Source: Raillietiella orientalis
Taxonomy: Eukaryota
DNA length: 64,000 bases
Reading direction: 5' to 3'
NCBI GenBank assembly: GCA_036172245.1
Contig: JAYWIR010000007.1
Span: forward strand, 4,960,001 to 5,024,000
The translations under genes were made by a program, and so were the position numbers. Below are positions 1-12,235 of the stretch, one piece after another. The stretch's first letter is position 1. Every line of letters begins with the position of its first letter. The notes under the pieces were generated by a model, which worked only from the letters and a program-made list of their open reading frames with translations, ran no database searches and was not told the origin of the DNA.

Positions 1-1259
1 TTAGGAAGTACACAAATGAATATAGCCAACATCAATGATTTTTGTTTTTCTCACTGATTATCTTGTCCTTAGTCCTATTATCCGTTATTCATTAAATGCA
101 ATAATAGTAAAAGCTCAAAAACTGATACTGAGAAAAGTGAAACTGTTATACACGTTTTTATAGCTTAATAAAAAAAATTGTTTCAAAGCATGAGATATCA
201 AAATTAGCGCATGACATAAATAAGAAATATTACAAGGGTTTTGAAAATATTGGCCAATTTGAAATCAAGTTGGAAGATCATTTTGCCACTATACTGTTAA
301 ATATAGAAAGAGGTCTGTTTATGTATGCATTACGCCTGAAATTCCTCATTGAAAATTTTTTCCTTATTATCGTTGATAAAAATCAACCAGGTTTCTTACT
401 GAGTCTTCAATTTGTATAAATACTGCTACTCAGAAAGATTTATCTCAGCTGTTAATTATCAGGAAATGAATGGATATTTCAGAATAAATTCATGTTTGAA
501 AATGTCAAATAAAATCAGATGTTAGAAAACACATGTATATATTCAATAGTAAGAAATATATGTATGTTTATGTAAGAAGGTCATGTTTTTTTTTCAAATT
601 AATGAATGTGACTTGGCTGTTCCATAATTAATCAGTGAATTTTAATAGTCGGCTAACTAATAATTGGCCTGATTTGTATCTTTAGCGGAACCTTGAAACT
701 CCCAGAAAGATACTAAGAATGCTAATGGCATTCTTAGTATGATCACCAAAGGGCAGTATTGTCTTCTAGGTATCTCTGTGTGTAAACTTTCATGCTTTAA
801 AATCTATTTTCCCTTTTAGAAAGAGTTTGAAAACATAATGGGAATGAATGTTCTAAACTTATATATTCGTATTTTGCTTCCTTATTTCAAAGCAAGGCAT
901 TGCTTTCTGCGGTACTGTTGTAGCCTGGAGGAATTTTTGTGCCTTCATCGAATCTTCCGCCGATCTTCAGCTTCCCTCAGTTGCATGCAATTCGACTGGC
1001 AAAGAGCGTGGGGCTCAGCGACCCTTCACGTGCAGCCTGGAGTTAACCAGAATAGTGCTGACGAAGAATGACTTGATCATAAATTCTGGTAGTGGTTTCT
1101 ATTATGTTCAAAATAGATGAACAGTAGTGAAGTCGAAAGCACGCATTAATTAAATTGTATTTTTTGGATCTCAAAATGTTTGCTTTGAAAAGTAAGAATC
1201 CATATAAAATGTTACTGTCATTTGTGGATTCGTTGATGGTGAAATCGTGTGCTAGTAAG

Positions 1260-2254
1260 ATGTTTTCGTTTTGCATGGGAATCATAACAAGAAAACCAAA
1301 AGTTAAAGCAGATGTACTTGTTAACCGTAAAAGGCCGTATTGCAACAGAAATATTTTAAAATTACATGAAAGAGGTTTAATCTCAGAAATATTTCCAGAC
1401 AACAGGTAATGCACTCCCCTGTTAACTGCTGAAGTGTATTTGTTTTAGTAATGATTTTATAAATCATTTGGTTGGCAGTCCTCGGTGTTTTTATGCAGGC
1501 TTTGATGCAACAGCAGATAGTTTACATTTAGGTAACCTCTTAGTGCTTATTGCCCTGATTCATTGTCAAAGAGCGGGACACCAAGTTATTGTGGTGGTAC
1601 ATTTTAAATGTAACTCTCAAGAATTGTATTAAGAGCACTTTAGATCGGAGAGAGCACAGCTCAGATAGGAGATCCCAGTGGTAAGATGTCTGAGCGGAAA
1701 CATCTGATGGATGAAGAAGCCCTAACTAATGCAAGGTTGCTCGAGAAACAGGTCTATGGGATTTTTGAAAATCATGAAAATCTTAAGTGGAAAAATTGTA
1801 CAGAAGATAAATTGATTCCCTTGAGGTTTTGTATTTTTTTAAATGTCATCCTTTTTAAGAAAATTTTTTAGTATATTGAACAATAGCAGTTGGTATAAAA
1901 GGTTTGAAGTTATGGATTTTTTGCATACTGTTGGTTCCCATTTAAGAATGGGTTCCATGATGTCACGTTCTAGTGTCAAAAATAGATTAGACAGTCCTGA
2001 AGGAATGAGTTTTGCGGAGTTTTCATATCAGGCCTTTCAAGCATATGATTGGATGCATTTATGTAAAAAATATCATTGTACAATTCAGGTAAATAAAGTG
2101 CTTGTAAGGAGCAATTTTTTTAAACTGCATTTATAATATAGCTGTATTATAAAATATTTTCAAATCGGGCGTTATTTATCCTTAATTTTAAACAATTCTT
2201 TTCATTCAGAATTCAGTCTCGTTTATTAAGAAAGGCTGGCCTGATTTCATTTAT

Positions 2255-2316
<62 letters not shown>

Positions 2317-5300
2317 GTTAACATGTACTCATAAATTTCACATTTGTCTTAAGCTTTGACTAGGCAGTAATTTGTGGATGATACTCTGCAAGTGATTTAT
2401 TTTAGATGTCGAAAGTGCCTATTTTATGAAAGTAGCATGTTATATCATTTGTGTTCAGATAAGTCTCATAGTGATGGATTAATTTGTATCCCAAGCATAC
2501 ATTTATAACCAATGTCCAATGGAAATTGTTGTATATTTGTATATATGCTACAATTTCTGTAAGTCTATTTTCATTTATGTATGCACAATGGTGAAAACAT
2601 GTACTTCAATATTGTTGTTTTTTGTTTCCAAGTTGTGTAGGGATGGTGAAACAGATATAGTATCTTTTTTTCGGAATGAAGAAATATTAATTTTCAAGAA
2701 ACCATTTAGTGATTATGAATTAAATAATGATTGTAATGTCTCTGATAAATTTTAAAAAGCAAGAGAAAATTTTCCTTGTCGGAATTCGGACTTAAAAACA
2801 AAGATTGCATAGATTGATCTTGAATGGAAGCTGAATTAAAAATGGAGTGAGTGTTTATAACACACATAAAACTCAGAAGTCAAATGTAGAATGTAATTGA
2901 CCTTCTATGGTTTAAAGTAGAGAATCTCCTGTATGTGATTGTAACAAAAAAAATGTATTAAAATTTTCATTGTTTAGTCATCATCATTTTGTGAAAAAGA
3001 TTTATATTGGATGTGCAAATAAGCAGCTATCTGCTGCATAAAATGTACTGCATTATTGAAAAGAGACTATCTTTCATTTATGATTAACAAATTTATTAGA
3101 ATTTTGAGAGTACAAACATTAAGAAAAGACTATTTTGGAAGGGAAATAAATTGGATAGCTGCAAAACGTGAATAACATGAAAATCATATTGAGGCATATT
3201 TTCGTCCTAATTTTCAAGTCTAGTTTGTGGATGTGGGGGGAAGGTGTCATTTTTTGCATTTTTCTCAGTATGATTGGAATATGTTTCCTTCCTGATGTAG
3301 GGCGAGTCTTGTTAACAGGATTCAGTTGTGCAAAACATTTGTATTCGTTGACACGTTTGTTACATTAATGGAAAAAGAATTAATTGGAATGAGCGAGATT
3401 TCAAGAATTTTTTTTCAGTCTTGAATTGAAGGAATCTTGAATTGTACTGTTCTTCATGTTTGCATATTTTTTTGTCATATACAAATTTCATACCTCATTC
3501 CAGTGCTTGATGGATCCTTTCAATTGGCTTTGTGAATAAGTATTTTTGCTTGCTTTTTATTTTTAAAAAAACCTAAAAAAGACTGAATGCATCTATGATT
3601 TTAGTTTGGTAAGCAAAGAATGTATGTTCAAGTATCTTATTAGTCACTCATTTTCATTGACAAAGTTTCAAAGGTTCATTTATTGGTTATAGATTACTGT
3701 TCTGATGATAAAGAGGGAACATTGGCAGTACTCACTTATTTGGTAAAGGATCTAAATCAGTTTTCACTGAAATCAAAATTTGGATAAACTGAAATCAAGT
3801 GTTATATGAAAATTAACTAACTGTGAACAAAATTTGTGTTCAGTTTTCACTTTTTGTGGTATGTTTTCTCATTATTGCAAAATGTGTCTCAAATTTTTTA
3901 GGTGGTTTTATCCAAGCAGTATAGCTTTTTGCATAATTTCTGAATTACAGTTTGTGCTTGTTATGTCGATTGCTTGCATTCTTTTTTCTTATTTAAAACT
4001 CTGGTACATCTAAATGCTTAATGTCAAATGAAATTCAGATGATAGTAAGCTTAACCAAGCACTGAATTAGTTTCTCATTGAATGTACTGCATTCAGTGTA
4101 CAAATTTGTGTCTTGGCCATTTCCAATAGCATTTGTTGAAAGGAAATCATTAAAGGTAAAGGAAATTTTTGGTTTTGCCAAAAGCTAACGGCAATACTTT
4201 TAGATTTGTGATGTATTAACATCAATTTTGCATTTCATAAATGTATTATTGTGGTTGTAAATATATGAACTGCCTGTTAACAGAGAGTTGAAATTTGCGT
4301 GGATCTGTTAAATTAATGAGTTTTTTTAGAAGTTTTTAATCCCTCACATTTTTTTTTGCTCGTGGTTTCCCACAATAATAGTACTACTCAAGATTGGTAA
4401 TCGGATGATAATGGCAGACACATTTGCTACATTGTAACAACAAGAACAGAAACGAAAGTTGATAACTTTCTAATCCTAGCTAATCTATTTCGCGAATTTT
4501 TTCCCTTTCCATGTATTCTGTTTGGCAAATATATTTAAATCTTATGGAATTATTTTTAGGTAAAGATTGTTTGTGGTCTTCCTCAAAGTTGTACCTTTTT
4601 AGATTGGAGGCAGTGATCAGAAAGGCAATATACTAACGGGTCGTGATTTCATAAGTAAAGTACTAAGGAAAGATACATATGGTAAGGAGATCAAGATCTA
4701 TCTTAATGTATGTGAAGAGTTTTGTAGGAATTTTTCTTCCTCTTATTACATCAGAAAGTGGAGATAAGTATGGAAAAACAGGTGGAACAGCTGTGTGGTT
4801 GAGTCCACACAAAACAACAGCTTTTGACTTTTACCAGTATCTATTGCGTACCAAAGATGACGAAGTTGAAAATCTGCTCAAACTGCTTACTTTCTTAGGA
4901 TTAGAAGATGTTAAAAATATAATGCACAAGCATCAGGTGAAAAAAACTTTCCTTGATTGTCACATACATTGTTTAGAGCATATTATAGAAAGAACCAGAA
5001 CATTGGTATGCTCAAAGAAAATTGGCTGAAGAAGTGACCTTGCTTGTTCATGGAGGTAAATACTTACAATTTCTCTGTCCTTAATAACAGGAAGGAAACA
5101 GAAAAGGGTCTGGATGAAGTGACACGGGTCAGCAATGTTCTATATGGTGGGACTGCAGAAGCACTTTCTCAGCTTTCACAGTCTGAACTTTTAAGCATAT
5201 TTCAACAAGCACCTGCTCGCCATCTGGAGTTTGAATCTGGGATCACCATGCTTGATCTCTCACTAAAAGCTAATTGTTTCACGAGTGCCAGTAAGCATTC

Positions 5301-5543
5301 ATTCTACATGGAGCATAAATATAATACTTTGGCAGGAGAAGCCCATCGCATCATTAGTGCAGGTGGTTTTTATGTGAACAACAACAGAGTTACCAGTCCT
5401 GATTACATAGTAGTATCCAGTGAGCATATTTTAAATAATAAGCTGACATTATTACGAGTTGGTAAGCACAAATCATGCACAGTTTAAGGGCTACAGAGCG
5501 GATTTCAGGCAAAAAGAACTATTACATTGTCCAGTGGATTTGA
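1260..5543 (+). CDS. YARS2: Mitochondrial tyrosyl-tRNA synthetase (bacterial-type class I TyrRS), 10 exons, ~465 aa
   Basis: Hand-spliced GT-AG exons 1260-1405, 1449-1596, 1644-1825, 1872-2088, 4603-4681, 4728-4936, 4989-5055, 5102-5290, 5336-5461, 5509-5543 give one open frame. Motifs: [15 protein letters not shown] (HIGH-type), [46 protein letters not shown] (KMSKS loop), [15 protein letters not shown] and an S4-like C-terminus ending [13 protein letters not shown]. The start codon is uncertain (further in-frame ATGs upstream, e.g. 1176). Confidence 0.95.
2256..2313. repeat. Poly(T) tract (~58 nt) in YARS2 intron 4
   Basis: Uninterrupted T run seen directly. Confidence 0.9.
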
Positions 5544-5568
5544 CAGTAAATCTTGAAAATTCGAAAAT

Positions 5569-8500
5569 TCATTTAATTTTCTGCAAAACATAAAGAATCC
5601 TTGGCAAGAGTTCTGAAGTTACTGGAAATTCTAGCATTAATTTACTGATAAACTGTTTCAGTGTGTCCCTGATGAGAAGGTGTTGATTTTGTTCCTCTGC
5701 TTGCCTTTCATCTGATCGATATAGATTATGATACTTTCTATCCACAAGGAGCTGGTAGTGATGCAGCTTGTGGTACAACAAAGAAAGATCTTCAGTGTTC
5801 TAGAGAACTCTTAGTCTTTATGGCTAAGCATAGGCAATGAGACGGACCTGAGTTCTCAGCACAGTGCTGTGATCACATTTTTTTTGCAGGGAGGAGATAG
5901 AGTTTGAAATCATTTCACAGGCTGACTCAAGCTCAGAGATGTTAGTTCCCACTTTTTCATGTTCACAAATCAACTCCTTAAGTTGTTTACTCATTTTCTG
6001 AGCTGTCTAAAAAGAAGCTTCCTTTTAGGTCATGAAGCATGCATACCATACATTCTTCATGGTAGTAAGTCTATTTTGGATAGACATTTGGTACTTTGCC
6101 CGTTTTCCTTGTAAGTCATGGTTGGTAATTTGTCGAGCTTCTAGACTGATGTTGCTCCTTACTGAAACTGTGTGCACCAACTCTGTTACAAATTTCTTTT
6201 GTGCTTTGTGCAATTCAGCAAAATGAAGCTGAAAATAAACATTTAGTAATTAGCAATTCATCATAAAGGTTGAGGCTTGCCTGCATCTTAGATAATTCAG
6301 CTTTCATTATGGCAGTTTGTCCATATTTATTTTCGCTTTTGAGATCATTTTTTATTTCCTGAGCAAGCTTTATTTTACGTTCCCACAATAAAGTTTCCTC
6401 GTGATACTGAAACACTTTATGTGCTAGCATCTGAATGTCATTTGCTCCCTGTGTAATTTCGTCCTGCATTTGTAAAACACGCAATTCTATTTCCTGAAAG
6501 TAGATTTTATGATTTGTGCCAGTGACGTATACAACCTTCAAAGCAGTTGCAGATTGCTGTTCCTGCAAACTCATTTCTTTCACAAACATATGACATAGGT
6601 CTTTCTCTTTATAGACTAACTGATCCATTTTCAATAGAGTGGAGTTGAGTATGTCTAAAGACTTCTTCAGAGCTTGGATTTCATGTAAAGTTCTGTCCAA
6701 TACTGACTGGAGTCTAATCTTCTTCTGAGTAAGAACAATTTCCCCTGTTTGCATATGTTAGTGCACAGCAAGCTATTGACTAAAGCTGCAAACTTTGCTT
6801 TAGAGAATCCACTTCTTTTTCTTGAATAGCATTGTTTTTTGTGCTTTTCACAAACTCATTCTGTAACCTCAACCAGAAAGCTTCATTATCTTTGCATTCT
6901 TCTTGTAAGTTCTGAATTTCTCGTTGAACAACTTCTAGTTCCCTCTCCACTGGAAGTAGATCTGATCCCTAAAATCAGTGCACTTTTGCATGCCCTAAAA
7001 ATATAGAATATTTACTCCTTGTCGGTCTATAATAACTGCCAATTGCTTATTTAAAACATCGAAACGATTTTGCCGCTGGTGCAATAATGCATCCAGTTTA
7101 CAAAGGTCCCTCTCTGTCTGACTTAGAAATTGTTCTTGTGATGAGATGAATCTTTCAAACTCATTAATCTGCTTTTGGTGCTCAAAAATGGCAAACTGGC
7201 ATTGTGTAATGCTCAGCATATTTGAAGATACATCCTGTTGCAGACAGGACATAGCAACCTCCTAGAAGTCATGATGAAGGGCACAGTAATAATCTCAACT
7301 CTTCTACCAAATCTCTGATGCAAGCTCTTAGCTGTGACTTTAGATAATTATGGTACTCAGCAGACTTTTCAGCAGTCAGGTGATCCTGGGAATATTTCAG
7401 GATTTCGTCTTGCAAGGCAGCTTTTTTTTCATTCATCTGATTAAGTTTCTTCATTTCTCCATTGAGAATGTTCTGTAATTTGCAGTATTCCTAGATGATC
7501 TAGATTATAATTTCTTGTGAACAAAACGAATCTTATTCTATGCACCTGTTCCTCCACAGTTGCCTGAATGTTTAGCTCATCTCCCAGAGTTTTCAGCTGC
7601 CCATACTTGAGCAACATATCAGACAACTGCTGGTTAAGCAATGTATTCTGAGTTTGCAAATTTTGGTTCACAAAACATTCACTGTTATAATTAATAGTCA
7701 GCAATTCATTTTCCATCATTGCTTTGGTGATTAGTTTTTTCAAAGATTCTGTTTCAGACTTTGCAGTCTGCACTGCATTACTTTCTTTTGCTATGTAACT
7801 TTCAATTTGCTGCAAAACATCATTTCGCCGTTGCAGTGTCAATAAGCTGGTTTGCAAGCCCTGCAACAATTGCTGTTTTTCCATCTGCAAACTTTCAATT
7901 TCCACTCCTGCATCTAGTGATTCTTTGCTTAGGGCCTCCAAGTACGATTCTTGAGTGCCAATTTCTAATTTTATGACTTCACATTCTTCTGAAATTTCTG
8001 TCCAATTGTGCACTAATGTATCTAAATAAAAATCCTAGAAAACAGTCAAATTGTACGATTCACTTTTGGTCACCTGCTCTTGTTTCTCCATTTCATTGAC
8101 CAATAACACAGATTTAGTTTTTTCTAATGATCTTTTCATTACAGCTAACTGAGTGTCACTACTTTCTAGAGCTTGGGTTAGGTAAAAAACTTTTTTCCCT
8201 TTGGTTTCCATAAGTTTAAGAAGTGTGCTTTCTGAATGAAATATATGAGTGACATCAGTCAAAACCTTTTACAAAAACAACGACACTGCTTCCTCAGTTA
8301 ACAATTTAATTTGAATTTTACTCAAACATTAAATCATATCTATGATTGTACTTGGGCACTTTATCATCTTCATTAGTAATGTATACCAATTCGGATATTC
8401 ATGACCAAATATTGATTACTTTTCCAAGTAAAGGATAAACAGCAGCTTAAAACATGCTTGAAATAAGAGAACTGCATTACCTTCGTTTTGAATAGCTTCT

Positions 8501-8935
8501 AAATTTACTGATATCTTTTCTATATTGTCTTGCAGACTTCTACATATTTCATCTTGCCTGCTACATACTATAGATGCAGTTTTAATTTTTTTATCTAGTG
8601 ATGCAACTGATGCTTGATCTTGATTGAAACTTTCTTCTATTGCATTTAATTTAAGTGCAAGTGCATGCCGCTGATTTTCATGACTTTTCAAATCCTTGGT
8701 CTGAATGAAAGTTCTGAATCAGTAATCTGTATTGGATGTGTTTTAAGTTTACCCATGCTGCCAAATCTTCAGATACACTTTTTTTCAATTTGCAGAGGTG
8801 TTCATTTAATGCTTTTTGAAATGTCTCCATAAGAGGATGAGTGGGGAACAATATTTCAAATGTTTCTTCATTTTCTGATTCATTAATTTTTTCATTGTTG
8901 TTTTGCATGTTATTTATATTATTTTCTGATCCCAT
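5569..8935 (-). CDS. CCDC40: Coiled-coil domain-containing protein 40 (axonemal 96-nm ruler subunit), 12 exons, ~880 aa
   Basis: Exons (minus) 8753-8935, 8481-8700, 8074-8231, 7546-8034, 7308-7490, 7016-7261, 6794-6968, 6536-6744, 6281-6493, 6052-6228, 5848-6006, 5569-5799 splice in frame. The product is a long coiled coil with CCDC40-like segments LFPTHPLMETFQKALNEHL, EKQEQDFYLDTL, FWLRLQNEFVK, LLWERKIKLAQEIK and GQTAIMKAELSKM. One donor is GC-AG (6280). Confidence 0.88.
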
Positions 8936-9154
8936 GTTAGTTCAATTTTATATAAAAGTACTTTCTAAAGAAAACAATTATGTTCACAAACATGTAATAA
9001 GTTTATACCCTTTTCCCTCATGAAAAAGACATGAAAAATTACTTTATGCTCATGCAACTTAAAGTAATTTTTAATTAAAACAGAGACCTTTGAATTTTAA
9101 GGAATTTCAACTATTAACATCACTGAAATACAAAGATTGCATTATATTTGTCAG

Positions 9155-10833
9155 TTACAGTGGGCTGATAGTGTCAGCTATTTCCTTTGTATCTACATTC
9201 TGATTGATTTGATCTTGAGCATACTCAACAAAGTCATCAAATAAACTGGGCCAAGTGAGAGATCCATCATAATTGTCAAAACCAGTACTAACTGTTTCTA
9301 CAAAGTGAAGAAACATGTTCCATGAATCTCTTGTAATGTACTGAATTGTTGGATGGGTGAGAAGAAAAGAAAACCACTTTTCTAGAATGACAGGTTCATT
9401 GTTTGTAAATAACACCTTCCATAATGATATTGCTATATCTACTGGTAAGCTTTTTTGAGATGATTCTGGGTCTAGACCAAAAAAAAAGGTATATTTGTAC
9501 ATATCTCTAAATAATTCCTTGTTTTGAATTTCCAAAAGCAATTCAGGAAATTTCTGTTTAATTCCTTCTATGGAATCAATGTTTAGTGTTTTACATCCTT
9601 TTATAAATTCACTACGAGTGAATCTACACATATGTTCTGCCTTAAATTTCCAAGCTAAAATTAGTATCCTGATATCTTCAGGGTGAACACAAAGATCTTC
9701 ACAAAACTGAATTAGTCCATCTTCCAAAATTGCGTCCTCATCAGTCTCTTTATAATGTTCAAATATTTCACTAATTTTATCATCTGATACTTTAAGTTGT
9801 TTATCACAAGAACTTGTGTTGATAATTTTGTTAGCACATGAAGTTTTCTCATCTCTATCATTAACACATGGAAATGATGCACAATTCAGTAACAAATCTC
9901 TGTTACTGGTTGGTGACACCTCTGACAGTTTAAATGTATCTCCACATTCCACATGTGTAGGATTGACACCTGAAAAGTAAGTATGTGATCTTAACATATG
10001 CAAGGCATTCCAAGGCTGAACTATACTCAGTGACACTCATCATAAAGTGGCCACTGAATAACTTTGGGTAAGGGAACATCATTATTTTTTACAAATATAT
10101 AACTAAATTATAACTAACTCTTAACAACCTGTGAATTACTAGGAGAAATTGCAAATATTTAGAAGCTTTCAGTACATTTCAAGCATTTAAAGATTTTATT
10201 AATAGAATCAAAATTATCGACCACGCAGTGATTTCTAAAATGCCAAATGCATTCAACAAACAGAAAACATATAACTTTTCCATTAGCTCAACTAAATAAT
10301 TAATTCGTGAGCGAAAACCCAGGGAACGTGCTCCATGCGGTAAGAACGCCTGGCAGCACATCATAAGTTGTTGTTATCGATTTACAACACAAAATTAACC
10401 AATACAGGCTTGCTGTGACACTCTTCCGAATATTATACTGCGAAAAGTGGTCAAGCATATAAGTGATATCCTTGAATAAAGAGAAACAGACTAATCACAC
10501 AATCCTGTGCACTGTTCAAAAGATGGGGCAAAGGCAGAGGCAATGATCTTTCCCATGAGCGTATTCTGCAAATCGCTTTTGCACCGAAAAATTAACATTC
10601 TAGTTTAAGAAAAGCATGCATCTACGGCTTTTACATTTTTGGCTTGTTTCCTTAAGTTATAAAAATCTTGGAGATACAACTCCCTAAAAACTAAAAGAGG
10701 CAATTCTGTAACAGAATAAGGATTATCAACATGAATTCAAACTCCACTTACCAGGTGCTGCACTAGTATCTTGGGATAGATAAATAGAGTTTCCTGTTCT
10801 TGCAGCATGTGAGCACGATAAACATTTCCCCAT
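9155..10833 (-). CDS. DCUN1D3: DCN1-like protein 3 (cullin neddylation co-E3, PONY domain), 2 exons, ~298 aa
   Basis: Exon 1 10752-10833 (MGKCLSC..., myristoylation/palmitoylation-type N-terminus typical of DCUN1D3) splices G|GTAAGT to ttttcag|GT at 9969. Exon 2 9155-9969 encodes the DCN1 domain (ILEDGLIQFCEDL, LILAWKFKAEHMCRFTRSEF, YKYTFFFG, ITRDSWNMFL, WPSLFDDFVEY). Confidence 0.92.
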
Positions 10834-12235
10834 GTGAGACTAAGAACGCGATTAATTCCGAAATTAAATTAACGTGGGCTACATAAACAATTCATGGTGG
10901 TGAGCAGGGTGTTTCCCATTCTTCTTCGCAAACGTTTTTTCGTGGTCGTGCACTTGCAAAAGTCGGAAACCCACAAAATTAATGTGGCTTGGTGTAAACA
11001 TGTTGAAGTGGCTACATGTTATTGCCAAGTTACATTTCTGATCCCGGACTTGTGCTAATTCTGGTAAGTTACACAGAGCTTCCCAACGCGTGAAAAATGA
11101 ATGGATGATGGCAGTTGGTTGCAGGAAAGACTTTTCTCAAGTATTCATGCAATCACCTCAAGACAGCAAAAATTGAGGATCAGCTTTAGAGACGAACTAC
11201 ACATTCATAACAAGTGGAAACATTTGGAAGGTCCAATTAAACGTTACCATGCGAAACAATAAATAACATCAGTAAGTGAATGACAAATATGCATTTTCTT
11301 TTTAATGGACATTCATCGTCTGTAAGAATACCATCAAACCATGAAACAGCGACGAAAAATGCTTTATTTAACTGATATTGCCAAGAAATAAAGAATTATG
11401 ATATACGAATAATTCATGTATTAAGTATATGGAATCCATTCTCAGACTACATGGTTGTACTGACTATACCATGAAATTGAAGTCTCGTGAAGCAATAAAG
11501 CTTCATAATTTTACAGTTCATATCATATAATTGTACTGTTTATTATGACTGAATAATAAAACTGTACAATTATGAAAGTTGTAATCATAATGATGAAAGC
11601 ACCTTCACCTATCTGAAGATACGAGCTCTGATTTTACTTTATATTCCATACGATGGTATTAACTATATGAAACGAAGTGCTCACACTTTTTCACACATTT
11701 TTTTTCTTCTTCGCATCATAAAAAAGCGGTTTGTCAATATTCTTAACGGCTAGGTAAACATTCCTATTATCATCGGTCTTTCATATCTAAACAAGTTTCA
11801 AGCTCAGGGGTAATGAATTTCACCTCACAGTGATCACTGCTATGATTTTCAAATAAAAATATGAACACCCCTGTACCATCATCATAAATGTTGCAGAGAT
11901 GTGCATCTTGGAAATTCCGTAATGCTTAGAAGCAATGCCGGGCAAACGATTCACATCATGAAGAGTGATCTGGTTGCCTGAAGTCTACTTTCTGTTCTTG
12001 AACATCTCACTGCAAATAGCCTACACCTTTTGATGTTCTCAACCTCAGAAAAATAGATAAAGCATGCATTTCGAGACCGACCACTATTGGTTTCTGGTTT
12101 CTCTGCGACACTACGAACCGGAAGATGTATATTGAACTTGTTCGAAATTGACAGAGATAAATTCGCCTATTGAAAAGCGTCAATATTTAGAAAGGACGTG
12201 TAAAAAAAACTCGTTGTGTATTTTTACTTCTCTAG

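Noticed and set aside
880..1090. GC-richer patch upstream of YARS2 with an Sm-site-like AATTTTTG and short ORFs
   Set aside because: No resemblance to snRNAs I know and no convincing coding frame. It is probably promoter or UTR sequence.
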